Source of the DNA: Octopus bimaculoides
Lineage: Eukaryota
Assembly (NCBI RefSeq): GCF_001194135.2
Contig: NC_068983.1
Location: 123,954,709-124,018,708 of the forward strand
DNA: 64,000 nucleotides
Reading direction: 5' to 3'
The notes below the pieces were generated by a model. That model was not told the origin of the DNA. It worked only from the letters and a program-made list of their open reading frames with translations, and made no database searches. The position numbers were made by a program, and so were the translations under genes. Position 1 is the first letter of the stretch. Every line of letters begins with the position of its first letter. Below, in pieces: positions 41,715 to 54,677 of this stretch.

Positions 41715-42642
41715 TTGTTGTTGTTGTTGAGAAAGTGCTTGAGTCAAGGCTGAATTTTGAGAGGATTTTAGTTGCTGTTGAATTAACCCTTGCTGTTGCG
41801 GTAATAAACCTTGTTGCTTTAGTTGTAAAAGAGCTTGGTGACTTAATTGATGAGAAATGGTTTGTTGTTGGCGCTGAGGGAAGTCTTGATGAGCTAATGG
41901 CTGCTGTGTAGCAAATCCTTCTGATGTTTTTTGTGCAGCAGACAAATAACTGGTTTGCTCTTTGTCATTAAATTGACTACTAGCATCATTTTGAGGACTT
42001 ACCAATTCAGTGGATTGATTTGCTTTTATTGTATTCAAAAGTTGATTATCTGATGAAGTGAGATTTAACTTATTCTGGTTACTAAGAGGAGTAGAACTGA
42101 TCACAGTTCCTTGATCACTTGAAATGCCATGTGTAGAGTGCTGTGTTTGGGCTGAGCCACTGAATGAAGGAATTTGATTTTCCCCAAGTGGAGATGTATT
42201 TTTCGGACCTAGAAGATGAAAAATTACTTAGGTTACTTTGAGGCAAAGCATTTAAAAACTTAATTTTTTAAATTTCCAATGAATCTTCTTCAACTGTGAA
42301 GTTTAATTCTATAATAATAAATAAAATGACATGTATCAAATGCATGAAAATACATTTTTGCTAGTACATACAAACTTGTATGTATGTGCCTGTGTGTATA
42401 CACACACACACACACACTACATAAAACTATTTTCTCGTTGCTGTTTAACCACCAAATCAGCTGTAATCAAACTTGAGGTCATAGTTGCTCCAACCATGAC
42501 ACAGTCAGTTTTTGCAGTTGTAGCTTCTCTTGAACAATGTACCTAGGTGTGGTTGATATTTCTAAAAGGTTGAGTAATCAGATAGAAGCTCCTTTGTTGG
42601 CTTGGCTGTCCCCTTATTTTTATACAAACACATGTGTGTGTT

Positions 42643-42715
<73 letters not shown>

Positions 42716-45462
42716 GCAAGGCTGTGCATTTGAGAAACTTGTTTTGCTACTATTTGGTCTCGGATTCAATCCCATTGTGTGACAACATAGACAAGTGTAT
42801 ACTCTAGTCCCCAGCCAACCAAAGCTCAGTGAGTGAATTTGGTAGACAGAAACTGGAAGAAGCCTTCGCGTGTGCGTGTGCGTGTGCGTTCGCACGTGCA
42901 TGTGCATGATAGTGTAAGGCAGAGTATCAGTGAAAATCAAGATGTTGCGAGAGAGAAATGCAAGCAGAAAGATAATGGTGCACTTGCACTTAGTGCTTAT
43001 ATAAAGAAAACAGTATGAAAGTGCTATTATTAAAGGCTACTAAATGTGAAAAAAAGAGGGGAGGGGGGGGGCGAATAAATCTTCCTATTGTGGACTTGAC
43101 AGAGTGGCTAACCATTACAATTGACAGCAACATGATAGACAAACCAATTAAAGATGTGAAGACAAAGAAAGCTTCTGATCCCTCAGGAATTACTACTGAA
43201 ATGTTTAAAGTAGGATGCAGCATACCTGACAACATTGGGAAGACTTCATATTCTGAAAAAACTATTTAACTATACATTCATTTATTCTTTTACTGGATTC
43301 AGTCATTGGGCTGTGCCAATGCCATCAAGTTGTTTTGCTCATTTATAATGATCTCAGTATTTATTGGGTAGTCATCTATCTGGTAAAAACTCAAGTTACC
43401 CCCCCACCCCACCCTTTAGTGACATCAAGGGAGGTGTATATGTGTGCAGGTGCATGAACATGTGCAAGTGATTTCAGCATGGATTCCACCTACCAAATGC
43501 CACCCACGAGACATTAGCCAATCTAAGGCTTTGGTGAAAGACAATTACCAAGGTGCTGCACAGTGGAACTGAACCAAAAACCATATGGCTTTATAGTAAA
43601 CTTCTTATATCTATAGTGATGCTTGAGTGAGGGTAGAGAGATAGGCTAAAAAAAATTGTTAACTTACTATTTTGATGTTGAAATGACTGCTGTAAATGTT
43701 CCAGGCGGTTCACTGGAGTCTGAGGTGATGGACTTTGTTGTGGTGAGACTGGTTGTGGAGACGGAAGAGTAGAAGATGGTGATGGAATTGAGGCATAATG
43801 TGTTAATGGTTGATTTCCTATTTCATGTTCAGCTGTTGCTGTTCCTGGATGATTAGGTGATGACAGGCCTGTCAAACAACCTGGATGTGTTGGAGGTGGT
43901 GGTGGAGGAGGTGGTGGCATCATAGCTGCTGCAGCTGCAGCCTGTTGAGCAGCCACCTGACGGGCTTCCATCTGTTTTCGTTTTATTTCCTGGTAATAAT
44001 GAAATGAACATTATATCACTAATTAGTAATTAGAGGAGAATATTGTAATAAATTTCCACAAAGCATCAAAAAATAGCCATTCTTGATTTAGGTCTTAATG
44101 ATGTGATTTTAGCAATTCATCAGGAGAAAAATATCGCTTCAAAAGTTATACAATCAGGAAAATAAGAAAATCAAATTACCTATTTCAAAAAAAAAAAAAA
44201 AAAAAAAAAAAAAAGCAATTTTATCCAAAATTATAGTTCAAGTCACCTTTATCATCACTAGTCAATGGATAACACATTCATATTTTACCATTCTTCAAAA
44301 ACAACTTAATATTATGAGAAGCTAATGTAAAAATCAAAATAACACTCACTCCCAACCAACACAGACATTTGGTCAACATGAAAGCTATTCAGAAATTGTG
44401 ATGTTTAGCATTTGTATCATGTTTCAAAGATTCAGCTATGTTTGAATATGTAGTGGTCTATTGTTACATCCACATAAGATGATGTTCTTGAAGACTTTTA
44501 TAGAACATTATTCTTTTTTGTAAATCTGATTATGTAATTCTGAGGATATTACTTTAGATCAGTTACATCTGAGAACTGTTTCCAAACCCTTTCTTTGTTC
44601 CTTACCAGAAGAGATCATGTGACAAATAAAATGGCAATATTCTCTGATAATGAATTATTGCATGCATTAGTAAAATGGAGACATTTCCAACATTTGGTGG
44701 GTGGGTGGGGGATTTGTGATTGAAACTGCTAAGTAGCAATCAAGAATTAAGCCTTATTTTCAAGCAAAGATGAAAGAAAGTATCACTGAAATTAGTAAAT
44801 AGCATATACTAAAATTGTGAACCGAAAGTTACAAATAATTGTAAAATGGTTTTCAAGTGGTCATTATTTCAAATTTTCACAGGAACTAAATAAATAAACC
44901 AATAAAATAAAGTTTTATAAGAGAGGCTACAATCGAGATACTTTACATTTGGGACTTAAGGGGGTTAATATAAATAATTTGTGAACTTTGCAAAGGCAAC
45001 TACAAACATATTTTACCTAATTATTGCTTCCAGAAGTAATTTTAAGACAATAAAATATATTTTAAATGCTTACTCTGTGTTCTCTTTGAATTTTGCTGCT
45101 TGCCCTATTCTTTCGTGCTCTTAGCTAAAAAGACATTAAAAAAATAAGTTTCAATAAACAGACATACACAGTCTATGACATATACAGCATAAAACAAGAT
45201 TAAAATTTATAAATAATCAACTTGTATAGCATAGGTACATTAGAGGGAGGAAGGGAAGATGGAAAATTGGGATTCAAATGATTATTAATTATCTACCTTC
45301 AAATCTTTCCACTCTTACAAAAATATTATACATTCAAACAATTTTGAAGACCAAGATGACATGAAATGTCCTTTTAAGTTTTAAAGAATTTCACTGAAAT
45401 ATTAAATCACTTGATGCATTTACTGCAGAATAAGCTAAATTCCCGGCAAGCTAATTCCTCAA

Positions 45463-45499
<37 letters not shown>

Positions 45500-45796
45500 N
45501 NNNNNNNNNNNNNNNNNNNNNNNNNNNNNNNNNNNNNNNNNNNNNNNNNNNNNNNNNNNNNNNNNNNNNNNNNNNNNNNNNNNNNNNNNNNNNNNNNNNN
45601 NNNNNNNNNNNNNNNNNNNNNNNNNNNNNNNNNNNNNNNNNNNNNNNNNNNNNNNNNNNNNNNNNNNNNNNNNNNNNNNNNNNNNNNNNNNNNNNNNNNN
45701 NNNNNNNNNNNNNNNNNNNNNNNNNNNNNNNNNNNNNNNNNNNNNNNNNNNNNNNNNNNNNNNNNNNNNNNNNNNNNNNNNNNNNNNNNNNNNNNN

Positions 45797-45835
<39 letters not shown>

Positions 45836-48800
45836 GTATATAAATTTTAAATATGTTTGTGACATATTTTAACTTCTAAAATTAAATTCACTGCAGTTAC
45901 TATGGAGAAGAAATTCATGCTTGTCGTATAAAGTGTGAAAACATCTAAGCAGTGAGGAAGGCCAAAGGAACTTTAAGTTAGTTAAAATATGTTTGTGGTA
46001 TACTTCTGAAGACAAATTTACTGCAGTGTTCCTCATTGCTGCTTAGTACTGTTATTTCTGTATTTATTCTGACCAGATAGTCAACGAGTGCAACTCAGTT
46101 ACTGGTATTGACCGCACTAAGATAAAACTGCAGCTTTGTAATCTGCCCAGGGTTACTTCTCTTCAGTATCTCTTATTAAGGGGACGCTAAGAAGCTAGAA
46201 ATGCATCTTAGAGTGAGAGGCAGACACTGAACAGATAAGTTGTATTTAAATTTTTTACCATAAGTGATCATTCTTTCTCCATGGTAACTGCAGTGAATTT
46301 GCCTTTAGAGGATTTTAATTAACCTAAGTTCGTTTGTTCCCTACCACTGCTTAGTACTACTATTTCTGCACACACACACACACACACGCACAAACAGGCT
46401 TCTGTACAATTTTTGCCTACCAAATTTCACTCACAAAACATTGGTGAACCGGAGACTAGATTAAAAGAAACTTAGCCAAGGTGCCTCACAATGAGATCAA
46501 ACCCAAAACTACATGGTTGCAAAGCTAACTTCTTAACCAACAGCCATATCTAACACTCTGTAAAATTTCAAAATAACCTTCCGTTTTCATTTTCCTTTCA
46601 AGACTCTCCAACACTTGTCTACATTAGTTTTTCATTATCAAATAATAATGGAAAACTTGAACTTAGTGTATAAATGTATACTTTCTGTGAATGTCCAGCT
46701 GCTTTCTTTAAGAATATCAAAACAGCATATTAAGTTTTGATAAGAGGAAGTTCAAAAATTTCTGAATACTTTTGGGATTACATTTTGCCATATGATAGAT
46801 TATGAATCTTGCTTATTGGTTAAAAAATGACTTTAATATTTGTTCTGTTTGTTTGTTATTTTATAATGTAAAGAAATTGAGATATTTACCAAATAAGGAG
46901 ATTTTTCAACAGGTGTTAATTTCTTCCAGATTTTGTTGATTTGCTTTACTCTTTCTGTCCATTCTTTAAAAAAAGAAGTAAATAAACAGGAATTGTATTA
47001 TTTCAATACATTATTTTGTGCTGTAAAAATTGTAATTACAAATATATAACTGAGGAACTGCAGCAAGTAACTTATTCTAATGGAGATATTAGTAAAATGT
47101 AACAATCGGGAGATAAAAACAATGTATTCCCCACAAACCAAATAACAATACTGAAATCTCACAATGTTAAAAATTATACAATGGATAAAAATAATTAAAT
47201 TAAATAATTAAATGATAATGGTAGTCACAAAATCATCAGCATATCTATAAAACACTTTGCCCACATAATTCCTCCTTGTTTTTCATGCTATCTCAAATTG
47301 TTCTCAGACACCCAGTTATTCATTGCTAAGCTTTTGATCTTTTCTCATCCATTCGCCATTAACACTTTTAATATGTATTATTATTTGTTTATTTATTTAT
47401 GTTTTATTTATTTACTAATATCTACTTTCATAAGCTAATTATTTAAACTGACCTTTCAGTATATAACTTCCTAAATCTCTCTCAGCCTTCCTTCCTCCTT
47501 AATTCTTCATGTAATTTTCTAAATGGAATCTATTATTCCCTCCTATGTTCTCAAGTTGGCTAACTATTTTTTGTATCATCTCTCTAAATTAACACTTGCT
47601 TGTTCTCTCCAGGTTTCAGGTTGGCTAAGTATTTTTTGTATTTTTTGTACTATTTTTTTTATTTCTTCCCACTCACTATTGGTCCTCATACTATTTCTCT
47701 GCTACTATCATTGTTATTGTCTCCGGCCCAGGAAGGAAAAAAAGCATCCTTCATAATGTCCACTTCCGGTCATAGCATAGCTATAAAACACCTCACATAA
47801 TTCCTCCCAGTTTTTCATGCAATCTCAACTTAAATTGTTTTTAGACGCCCAGTTATGCATTGCTAAGGCACTGAATAACATCTCTCCTCCCTGTGCCTCC
47901 TCCCACATTCCTTTCCCAGTTCTTAGAGTTGGCACTGTCAATGTAGGCACACTGAAAGGAAGATCTAGTGAGATTGTAGAGATGCTTGAACGGAGACATG
48001 CTGATGTATGCTGCATACAAGAGGTAAGGTGGAGAGGAGCTTCAGCCAGGGTCCTCACAGATGAGGCACATAGTTATAAAATCTTCTGGGAAGGTAACAT
48101 TGATGGAGTAGTGGGTGTAGGCATACTCCTTGCAGAGAAATAGGTGAATAATGTCACAGAAGTTGCCAGGGTATGCGATTGACCCTCCCTGGTGAAGAAA
48201 GTAACCCACCCCCAAGCATAGATTAGTTATTAGTAACTTTAGACTCGAGGCCAGAAGGATGCCAAGAAGCAAACCAATCCAGAAAAGAAGGATTTGGAAG
48301 CTAAAGAACCCTTCCCATGGTCAGAGATTTAAGGGCATCCTCACAGACAAATTTCATGAGAGGGAGGAGGAGCTACAGACTTCGGACATAGAGGGTAACT
48401 GGAAATTCCAATAGGACAGCTTACTGAGTGTCACAGATCATGTCTGCGGCTGGTGCAAAGTCCCTTCTAGAGTAACGATGTGGTGGAATAATACAGTAGG
48501 CAAAGCAATTAGAGGAAAGAAACAGTCCTGGAAGCCTGGAAGATTGGGGGTAGCAGAAAACTGTACCAGATAGCCAGAAGAGAGGCTGGGTGATAGGTAA
48601 ACATAGCCAAGGGAGAAGCAGAAAAGAAGTTTGCCACTGTTCAGCGACATGAGGACCAACAAATTGAAGTATTTGAGATTGCAAGACGGTCTATGAGAGA
48701 AAATTGTGATGTCACAGGAAAGAAATGTGTCCACATGGATGATGGTGCACTTGTTTTTAATGATTCTGAAAAGAAACAAGCTTGGGGAAGCCATTATGAA

Positions 48801-51800
48801 AGGCTACTGAATGTAGAGAATGAATGGGAGGAGGAGAGCCTTCCAAATGTTGACCCAGTAGAGAGACCAGCTACCCAAATAGACAGCGCCCTGGTAGATA
48901 AAGCAATTAAGAATATTAAGTCAGGAAAAGCCCCCGGCCCATCAGGAATCACTGCTGAGATGCTTAGAATATCTGGTGGTGTGGGTCATGGCCTAATCAC
49001 CCGTACTGTAAACCAGGTAGTTCATGAAGGCGTCATACCCAATGACTGGCATAGCAGCACCATAGTCAACTACTACAAAGGTGATGCTTTAGATAGAAAT
49101 AACTACAGGGGTATCAAACTACTGGATCAGGTGATGAAAATCTCGGAGAGGGTCATAGCCTAAATAATTAGAGAGAGAGTCTGCTTAGATGAGATGCAGT
49201 TCAGTTCTGTGCCAGGTAGAAGCACCACTGATGCTATGTTCCTGGTATGGCAACTGCAGGAGAAATACCTAGCCAAAGATAAACCCCTATACTTCACTTT
49301 TGTTGACTTGGAGAAAGCTTTGACAGGGTCCCCCGATCCCTTATATGGTGGGCAGTGTGGAAACTGGGGATTGACAAGTGATTAATAAGGGCTGTACAGA
49401 CCTTGTACAGGGATGCCGTAAGTAAGGTAAGGGTCGGTAATAAGTATAGTGAAGAATTCCAGGTAGAAGTAGGGGTTCCCCAAGGATCAGCCCTCAGGCC
49501 CTCTTATTCATCATAGTCCTCCAACCAATAACAGAGGAATTCAAGACAAGTTGCCCCTGGGAGTTCCTCTATGCTGATGACCTTGCTCTTATAGCAGAAT
49601 CACTATCAGAACTAGAGAAGAAATTTTAGGTGTGAAAGCAAGGTTTAGAATCAAAGGACTTAAGGGTCAACATTGCAAAACCAAAGTCCTACTAAGTAGG
49701 AAGGTGAACACATCACAAACCCCTTCAGGTGGATGGCCCTGCTCAATCTGTAGAAAAGGTGTAGGTAGAAACTCCATAAGATGTGCCCAGTGTAAGCTAT
49801 GGACACATAAGAGGTGCAGCAATATCAAAGGAATGTTAACCAAGAAGATAGCTTTTGTGTGCAGCAGATGCACAGGGGCAATAAACACTGCAGATGCTCA
49901 GAAAACTGATTCCATCACATGCCAGGGGAAGAAATTATATTGATGTCTTCCAAACAACTCACACATGCAAATGCTACCAGTCGAGAACTTTGCATACCAG
50001 AAGCCAGCAAGTGTATGGGGTTTGTAGTGGGGGTGGATGCTCAGAGAGCATTGCCACTAGAATAAGAATAGCCTGGGCAAAGTTCAGAAAGCTCCTATCT
50101 CTACTGGTGACAAGGGGCCTCTTACTCAGAGTGAAAGGTAGGTTGTACAATGCATTGTGCAAACTGCTATGCTACATGGCAGTGAAACATGGGCTGTGAC
50201 TGCTAAAGACATGCATAGGCTCAAAAGAAATGAAGCTAATATGATCCGCTGGATGTATAATGTCAGTATGCACACACGACAGAGTGCAAGCGCCTTAAGA
50301 GAAATGTTGGACATAAGAAGCATCAGATGTGGTGTGCAAGAGAGACAACTGCACTGGTATGGACATGTGTTACGTATGGATGAGGAGAGTTGTGTGACAA
50401 AGTGTCACTCCCTAACAGTCGAAGGAACCCATGGAAGAGGGAGACCCAGGAAGACATGGGATGAGGTGGTGAAGCATGACCTTCAAACGTTGGGCCTCAC
50501 AGAGGATATGACAAAAGACAGAGACTTCTGGAGATATGCTGTGATTGAGAAGACCTGGTTAGGAAAGTGAGATCACAGCCATAGCCCACACCAGTGTTGC
50601 ATAACCAACCAGTTTAGAAAAGTACCTTTTGAATTGTCGGGCGACATGCCGTTCTTGAGGAGACCTATTGAGTCAAGTAAATCAAAATCAAATCAAATCA
50701 CAATCAAATGGAAATTGTAGTTGTGGCCTTTGCCAGTGCTGATGGCATGCAATAAGCACCATTCATGAGTGGGTCGCTGCCAGAGTTGCCCGACTGGCTC
50801 CCCATGCCAGTGGCACATAAATAGCACAATCTGAACGTGGTCGATACCAGTGACCCCTGCCCCCGACTGTCTCCTGTGCCAGTGGCATGTAAAAAGCACC
50901 ATCTGAACGTGGCTGATACTAGTGCTGCCTGACTAACTCCCATACTGGTGGCACATAAAAAACACCCACTACACTCTCAGTGTGGTTGGTGTTAAGAAGG
51001 GCATCCAGCTGTAGAAACACTGCCAAATCAGATTGGAGCCTGGTGCAGCCTCCTGGCTTGCCAGTCCTCAGTCAAACCAGCCAACCCATGCCAGCATGGA
51101 AAACTGACATTAAACAATGATGATGACATCTGAGCAACTAAATGCATTAGCATAAAGAATGAATAATGAGAGATGAGCCTGAAATAACAAACTGAATTTA
51201 AGCACTTGAAGAGACTCCTTAAAATTTTTGAACAAAAGCAAGTGATATCAGAATCAAAGAATAGCATGTAAATAAAACTCACCTGGGATTTGAGACTTTA
51301 ATTCCGGATAGTTTACATTTGCATACAAAACTGGAGATATAGTGGCATTCTGCCCAAGAGCTTCATCAGTTTCCCATTTCAATATATTTCGACGGCTGGA
51401 ACCCTCTGGTTGATCATCATCTATTACACCAGACCAAGGAGCAGGACTAGCTGGTGCTTCATAATGTGTAATAGGTTGAGGTGTAGCTTGAGATACACTG
51501 GATATTTTTTTTAATCAAAAGAGAACAGTTTGTATTGAACATTAAAAGTTTCATTTTAAAAAATCATGTATTTTAAATTCAAATTATTTGACTTAGTGTC
51601 AAAAAATATTCCTATCTTTTTTATATTCTTAATTGCCAACCTAAGAAAATTCATTAAAACCTTTCATTACCAACCTGCACAAAGCCTTCTATGTTACAAC
51701 TTGCTGTATTAACATATTCATATTTAAAAACCATTATTTTACAGCTACTTCTTTAACAACTATACCCTTATTTCCACTACATCATATTTTAACCCTTTCA

Positions 51801-54630
51801 TTACTCACCTACCATTAGCTGGTCAAAAAGATTTTTTGTTGGTATTACCAAACTGCCCAAAACCAACCAAAATGACAAATTTTAATAAGAGTTTCAGCAC
51901 TAATCTTGTTAGTACATTCATGAAAACACATGGTTTCACAATGTAAACAATTGAGTTACACTTTCAGCCATTATTGTTCATATCTGAGCACTGCAAATTT
52001 TGGAAGAAATCCAACCCCACCCCACCCCATTGATTCTCTATGGATGAAAGATGCATAACAGTATCAATTCAAGCACTTTTAGGAATAGTGAGTGAGTGAG
52101 TTAGAGTGTGTGTGTTTGATTTATAAGTATTTTTTTTCAAATTTACCTCATTCCTATTTTTTATTACCTGTAATTTAAATTTTCCTGCAAGATGCACGAC
52201 AAAGTTAGATTTATTTGGATTGGGAATAATTACTTTAATGTTTTCTTTGATCAACTACCTGTTAACTAAAGAAATGTTTTCTTTGATTGGCAACAGACTC
52301 GTACTGTTCTGCTCAAACATCAAGTATAAACAAGTCTTTTCTATTTTAATTGCCCAAACTTATCAATAACACATATAAAGAAAGAGATGCATGGGGGAGT
52401 GTATACATAAACATAGGCATTATATATGAAATGATCCAACAAGTGATAAAATTGGAATTACTTTATCACAATATATCATGAAATATATTACTAAAAAAAA
52501 TTATCAAAATAATATATATCAAAATAATATTATCAAAATAATATATTAAATTTTGTCTTCTAATTAACCTTATAATAAACTGTTTAAAATAGGATAGTAC
52601 TTTCCATCCGATATAAATTCAACAGAATAACAATTTAATATTTTTTTTAAATGTTCCACAAACCTGTAAGGAGATGAAATTGACTGATCCACACTAAACT
52701 GTCCAACAGATGTAGATTGTTGTAGGTGAGGTTGAGTTTGTTGTACATGTTGCTCAGGTACTGCTGATGAGATGTGATTATTGGACAGAGGAGGAGTTGA
52801 AGGAGGAGGTGGAGGTGATGATGGCACTGCGGGTGGTAAGGGAGGTGGAGGAGGAGGAACAGATGGAGGTGCTGGTGGCAATGGTGGTGGCGAAGGAGGT
52901 GGATGTGGAGGAGGCGGTGGTGGTGGAAGAGATGGCTGCTGTGGTGTTTGCTCTGCAGCATTTGATGTAGTAGTAAAATTGTCATCTCCTGTTGAAGATT
53001 AAAATATCAAAATAAAAATTAAAATTCATGCAATAATCACAGCAAAAACACAATGTCAGATAACATCAAGATTCAATAACATTCATTATTCAATAACATA
53101 CAATAACAGTCATTTGATGTATATAAATATACAAAATTTATCTCATTATGTTAGAAAAATTCAGAATATACAACATAAATTTTTCATAGTTATCTGTAAA
53201 AATTTTCTAAAATCTGTTTCAAAACAATTCTAAATTAAAATTCATAGCAATTCCAAAGTTACTTGAAAATTGTAAGAAGGTTAGAAGTTTCTTTTAAAAT
53301 TGTATTTTTTCTTAAACATTTGATTCTTTGGATATAAACACCCACATGGGTAGTACTGAATGTACAGTCTTAAGAGACATGTTTCTGAAAGCTACAGTCC
53401 CTCTTATATATTTGCTACCTCTGATACTTTGATAGCTGGTGCTATTTTTCACTTTCCATCATGAAGTAAATAATCTTAACTATGGAACAAAATCAATAAC
53501 ATTATGTATCTACAATATTATTCTTCCATAGTAAAAGTATTCTTTTGTTTCAGTCATTTGACTGCGGCCATGCTGGAGCACTGCCTTTAGTCAAGCAAAC
53601 TGACCCCAAGACTTTGTAAGCCTAGTACTTATTCTATAGGTCTCTTTTACCGAACTGCTAAATTATGGGGACATAAACACACCAGCATCGATTGTCAAGC
53701 AATGTTGGGGGACAAATACAGACACACAAACACACACACATACATTCATAAAACTTCAAAATAAACTTAATACATTGTATTACATCATTATTTTCATAAT
53801 AGAGAAAAGCTCATATAGCTAACTGAAACTGTGATTCCAGTGAACAAAGCTGCTCTGCAGTAGATTCTGGAGAGAGAAATATCACTAATATAGGAACAGG
53901 TACATAACTATATATTATAAAAAGTTTGCTTCATGACTATGTCAGTCTGGTTTTCTTTTCACTCTGCAGCACCAAGGGTGTCTTTCACTATAACCTCAAT
54001 TTGATAGACAGAAATTGCATGGCATGGGGGGGTGCTGTGTGTGTGAGCATGTGTGCACATGCAAGTGTTTACATTCATGCCTCTTAAAACTGGTAATGCT
54101 GTTTATGTGCAGCAACATAATAGCTTAACAAACACACTGATAAGTACCAAACTTAAAAATAAATACTGGGGTCAGTATGTTTGACTAAAAGGTTTTATTG
54201 TTTATTCAATTACAGCCACATCATGTACACAATCCAATAAACAGTAAAAAAAAGTGTGGTAAGAAGTCTCCCTCCAAACCATGTGGGTCTGGGTTTAATC
54301 CCACTACATGGCTCCTTGGACAAGTGTCTTCCACTAAAGCCCTGGGCAAAACAAAGCCTTGTGAATGGAAATGGTAAGGAAAACCTGAAAAAAGCTTGTC
54401 GTGCACACATGCGTGTGTGAGTCCGTGCCCTTCTTGACATTGTTTGATGGCTGTAAATGATTGTCACTGTCATACAAACAGTGCCATTCATTTCCAATAA
54501 TCTGCAAAAATATGTTTGACCAAAGGGAAATATTACCCTGCATGAAAACAGGTGAGGGTTGACAACAGAAAGGCCATCCAACCATAGAACTCTCACTTAT
54601 GGAAGCATGGAAAAGTGGATGTTAAAAAGC

Positions 54631-54677
<47 letters not shown>

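Noticed and set aside
47700-47790. HDV-like ribozyme at the RTE 5' end (known in some RTEs)
   Set aside because: I could not build the nested double pseudoknot by eye; only a short gaagga/tccttc hairpin is visible. It needs a descriptor search.
52767-53002. Gly-rich and Glu/Val-rich plus-strand ORFs
   Set aside because: Antisense shadows of the poly-proline exon.
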